A DNA stretch of 32,000 nt from Methanothermus fervidus DSM 2088 (GTDB lineage Archaea; Methanobacteriota; Methanobacteria; DSM-2088; Methanothermaceae). Positions 30,603 through 32,000 of this stretch are shown one piece after another. Position 1 is the stretch's first letter; each line of letters opens with the position of its first letter. The stretch covers positions 270,001-302,000 of the forward strand of contig CP002278.1 in assembly GCA_000166095.1 (NCBI GenBank), written 5' to 3'. Below the pieces are notes generated by a model. That model searched no databases and was not told where the DNA came from. It saw nothing but the letters and a program-made list of their open reading frames with translations. The translations under genes and the position numbers were made by a program.

Positions 30603-31802
30603 CTAAGTAAATAAAAATTCACAAGCCTCTATAACATGTTTTTTGTCTTCTTCAGCAGCTTTTCTAATTTTGACAGTAATATCATGGAATAGCTTGTTAA
30701 TTATAGATCTTGTTAAATCATTAAAAATTTTTTCGGGATTATTAGAAGTTTCCAACATTTTTAAAGCTTTTTTAACTTCTTTATTTCTTATCTTCTCTGC
30801 CTTAATTCTAATTTTTGATATGATTTCTTCAACCTCTTTATGTTTTAACATTTTTTCAAGAGATATCATTTCTTCCTCTATAATTTTCTCCGCCTTTTCT
30901 GCTTCTTTTTCTCTTTTTTTACGATTTTTTTCAGCTATAACTCTAAGGCTATCTATGTCAAATACATTAACTCCAAGATCTTTTACTCCTTCCTCTACAT
31001 CTCTAGGATTTGCTATATCGATTATTATTACAGACTTCCGCCTTTCAGGAGGAATTTTTTTAATTCGTTCCCGAGTTATTACAGGGTGTGGAGCTCCTGT
31101 AGCACTTATGATTATGTCCACATCTTTTATTACATCTTTTAATTTTTCAAAACGTATAGCACGTCCTCCTAATTCTTTTGCTAATTTTACAGCCCTATCA
31201 TATGTCCTATTAGCAACTAAAATTGCTTCAAGATTTTTATCTGCCAATGATTTAGCAACCAATGTACCCATTTCTCCAGCTCCAACAACTAAAACTTTTT
31301 TATTTTCCAAACTTCCACATATAGATTCTGCTAACTCAACTGCTGCAGATCCTATAGATACAGATCCCTCACTAATTTTTGTTTTTTTCCTTACTACTTG
31401 TCCAACATGGATCGCCTTATTGAATATTAATTCCAAAAGGTCACCACATGTTCCATTATTTTGTGCTTGTAATTTAGCATCCTTTATTTGTCCCAAAATT
31501 TGTGTTTCACCTATTATCATTGATTCTAGGCCAGACGCTAATTTTAATAAATGCAATATTGCTTTTTTATTTTTTTCAATGATTACATCCATATTTTTAA
31601 AGATATTTTCATCAAAGTTATCAGTCACAATATAATATTCCACGCGATTACAAGTTTTTATGCTGACACATTCTTTTATTTTACCTGCTTTCCATAAAGA
31701 TTTAATGATTTTTGCCATCCTTGGAGCAGATTCCTCCAATGTTTTTACATCTGCCATCTTGTGGTCAACTCTAATGTTGATGATCATTGAAATTTTCCTC
31801 AC
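30603..31802 (-). CDS. hemA: Glutamyl-tRNA reductase
   Basis: SIKTCNRVEYYIV, LLKLASGLESMIIGETQILGQIKDA, VGQVVRKKTKISEGSVSIGSAAVELAE, VLVVGAGEMGTLVAKSLADK, IIISATGAPHPVITRE. Confidence 0.95.
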   Translation of the reverse strand: MRKISMIINIRVDHKMADVKTLEESAPRMAKIIKSLWKAGKIKECVSIKTCNRVEYYIVTDNFDENIFKNMDVIIEKNKKAILHLLKLASGLESMIIGETQILGQIKDAKLQAQNNGTCGDLLELIFNKAIHVGQVVRKKTKISEGSVSIGSAAVELAESICGSLENKKVLVVGAGEMGTLVAKSLADKNLEAILVANRTYDRAVKLAKELGGRAIRFEKLKDVIKDVDIIISATGAPHPVITRERIKKIPPERRKSVIIIDIANPRDVEEGVKDLGVNVFDIDSLRVIAEKNRKKREKEAEKAEKIIEEEMISLEKMLKHKEVEEIISKIRIKAEKIRNKEVKKALKMLETSNNPEKIFNDLTRSIINKLFHDITVKIRKAAEEDKKHVIEACEFLFT

Positions 31803-32000
31803 CTCTGCAATAATTTATCAACATAATTTTTGGCTTTTTCTAAGTTTCCATCTTTTAGATATTCTTTGATTTTTTTGTCATTAAATAGTTTGTATAATAT
31901 TTTTTTCCTTTCTCTATGGTCATTGAATAAATTTTTAATTTTTTTTCGTGCATAATTTTGTAGTTCAACATTTAAAACATCTTCTTCATTGATACAGGAT
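31799..32000 (-). CDS. C-terminal end of a probable precorrin-2 dehydrogenase/siroheme synthase (truncated by window)
   Basis: Open minus-strand frame ending ...KIKNLFNDHRERKKILYKLFNDKKIKEYLKDGNLEKAKNYVDKLLQR*, overlapping the hemA start; assignment leans on hemA neighbourhood. Confidence 0.5.
   Translation of the reverse strand, partial: SCINEEDVLNVELQNYARKKIKNLFNDHRERKKILYKLFNDKKIKEYLKDGNLEKAKNYVDKLLQR

Noticed and set aside
30643-31635. Plus-strand 330-aa ORF, long enough to look real
   Set aside because: Entirely antisense to hemA, which has full family motifs; Ser/Phe/Leu-rich composition typical of reverse reading of a Lys/Glu-rich gene.
1-32000. CRISPR arrays, tRNA/rRNA genes, transposases or defence genes
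   Set aside because: No regularly spaced repeats, cloverleaf-like sequence or transposase/defence motifs seen by eye; intergenic space is too small for most. tRNAscan-SE, Infernal and CRISPR finders would be needed to exclude weak cases.

Overview
This is an AT-rich archaeal (methanogen-like) chromosomal window. It is almost fully coding, and its gene order and content resemble Methanobacteriales as I remember them. From left to right it carries: an rml (dTDP-rhamnose) cluster with a geranylgeranylglyceryl-phosphate synthase; rpl40e and tsr3; a ChlI/ChlD-type chelatase locus; top6A and top6B; a KH protein, RIO kinase and eIF1A; moeA; cobK; a P-type ATPase; a UPF0146 protein and a RimI-like acetyltransferase; carA and carB; a Roadblock/LC7 protein, DUF1611, SepF, a DUF2226-like protein and MinD; a PfkB kinase; ppcA, a THUMP protein, bioY, hemA and a partial siroheme synthase. 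Two observations stand out. (1) The dTDP-glucose 4,6-dehydratase (rmlB) at the left edge, absent from the ORF track because it runs off the window, is interrupted in frame by a 326-aa intein. The intein has intact splicing motifs but a decayed LAGLIDADG-like endonuclease domain. (2) The ChlI-like AAA+ gene and the downstream vWA gene overlap at an in-frame A_AAA_AAA heptamer. A -1 shift there would fuse them into a full-length ChlD, consistent with programmed frameshifting producing both small and medium chelatase subunits. No CRISPR arrays, tRNAs, rRNAs or transposases were recognised.
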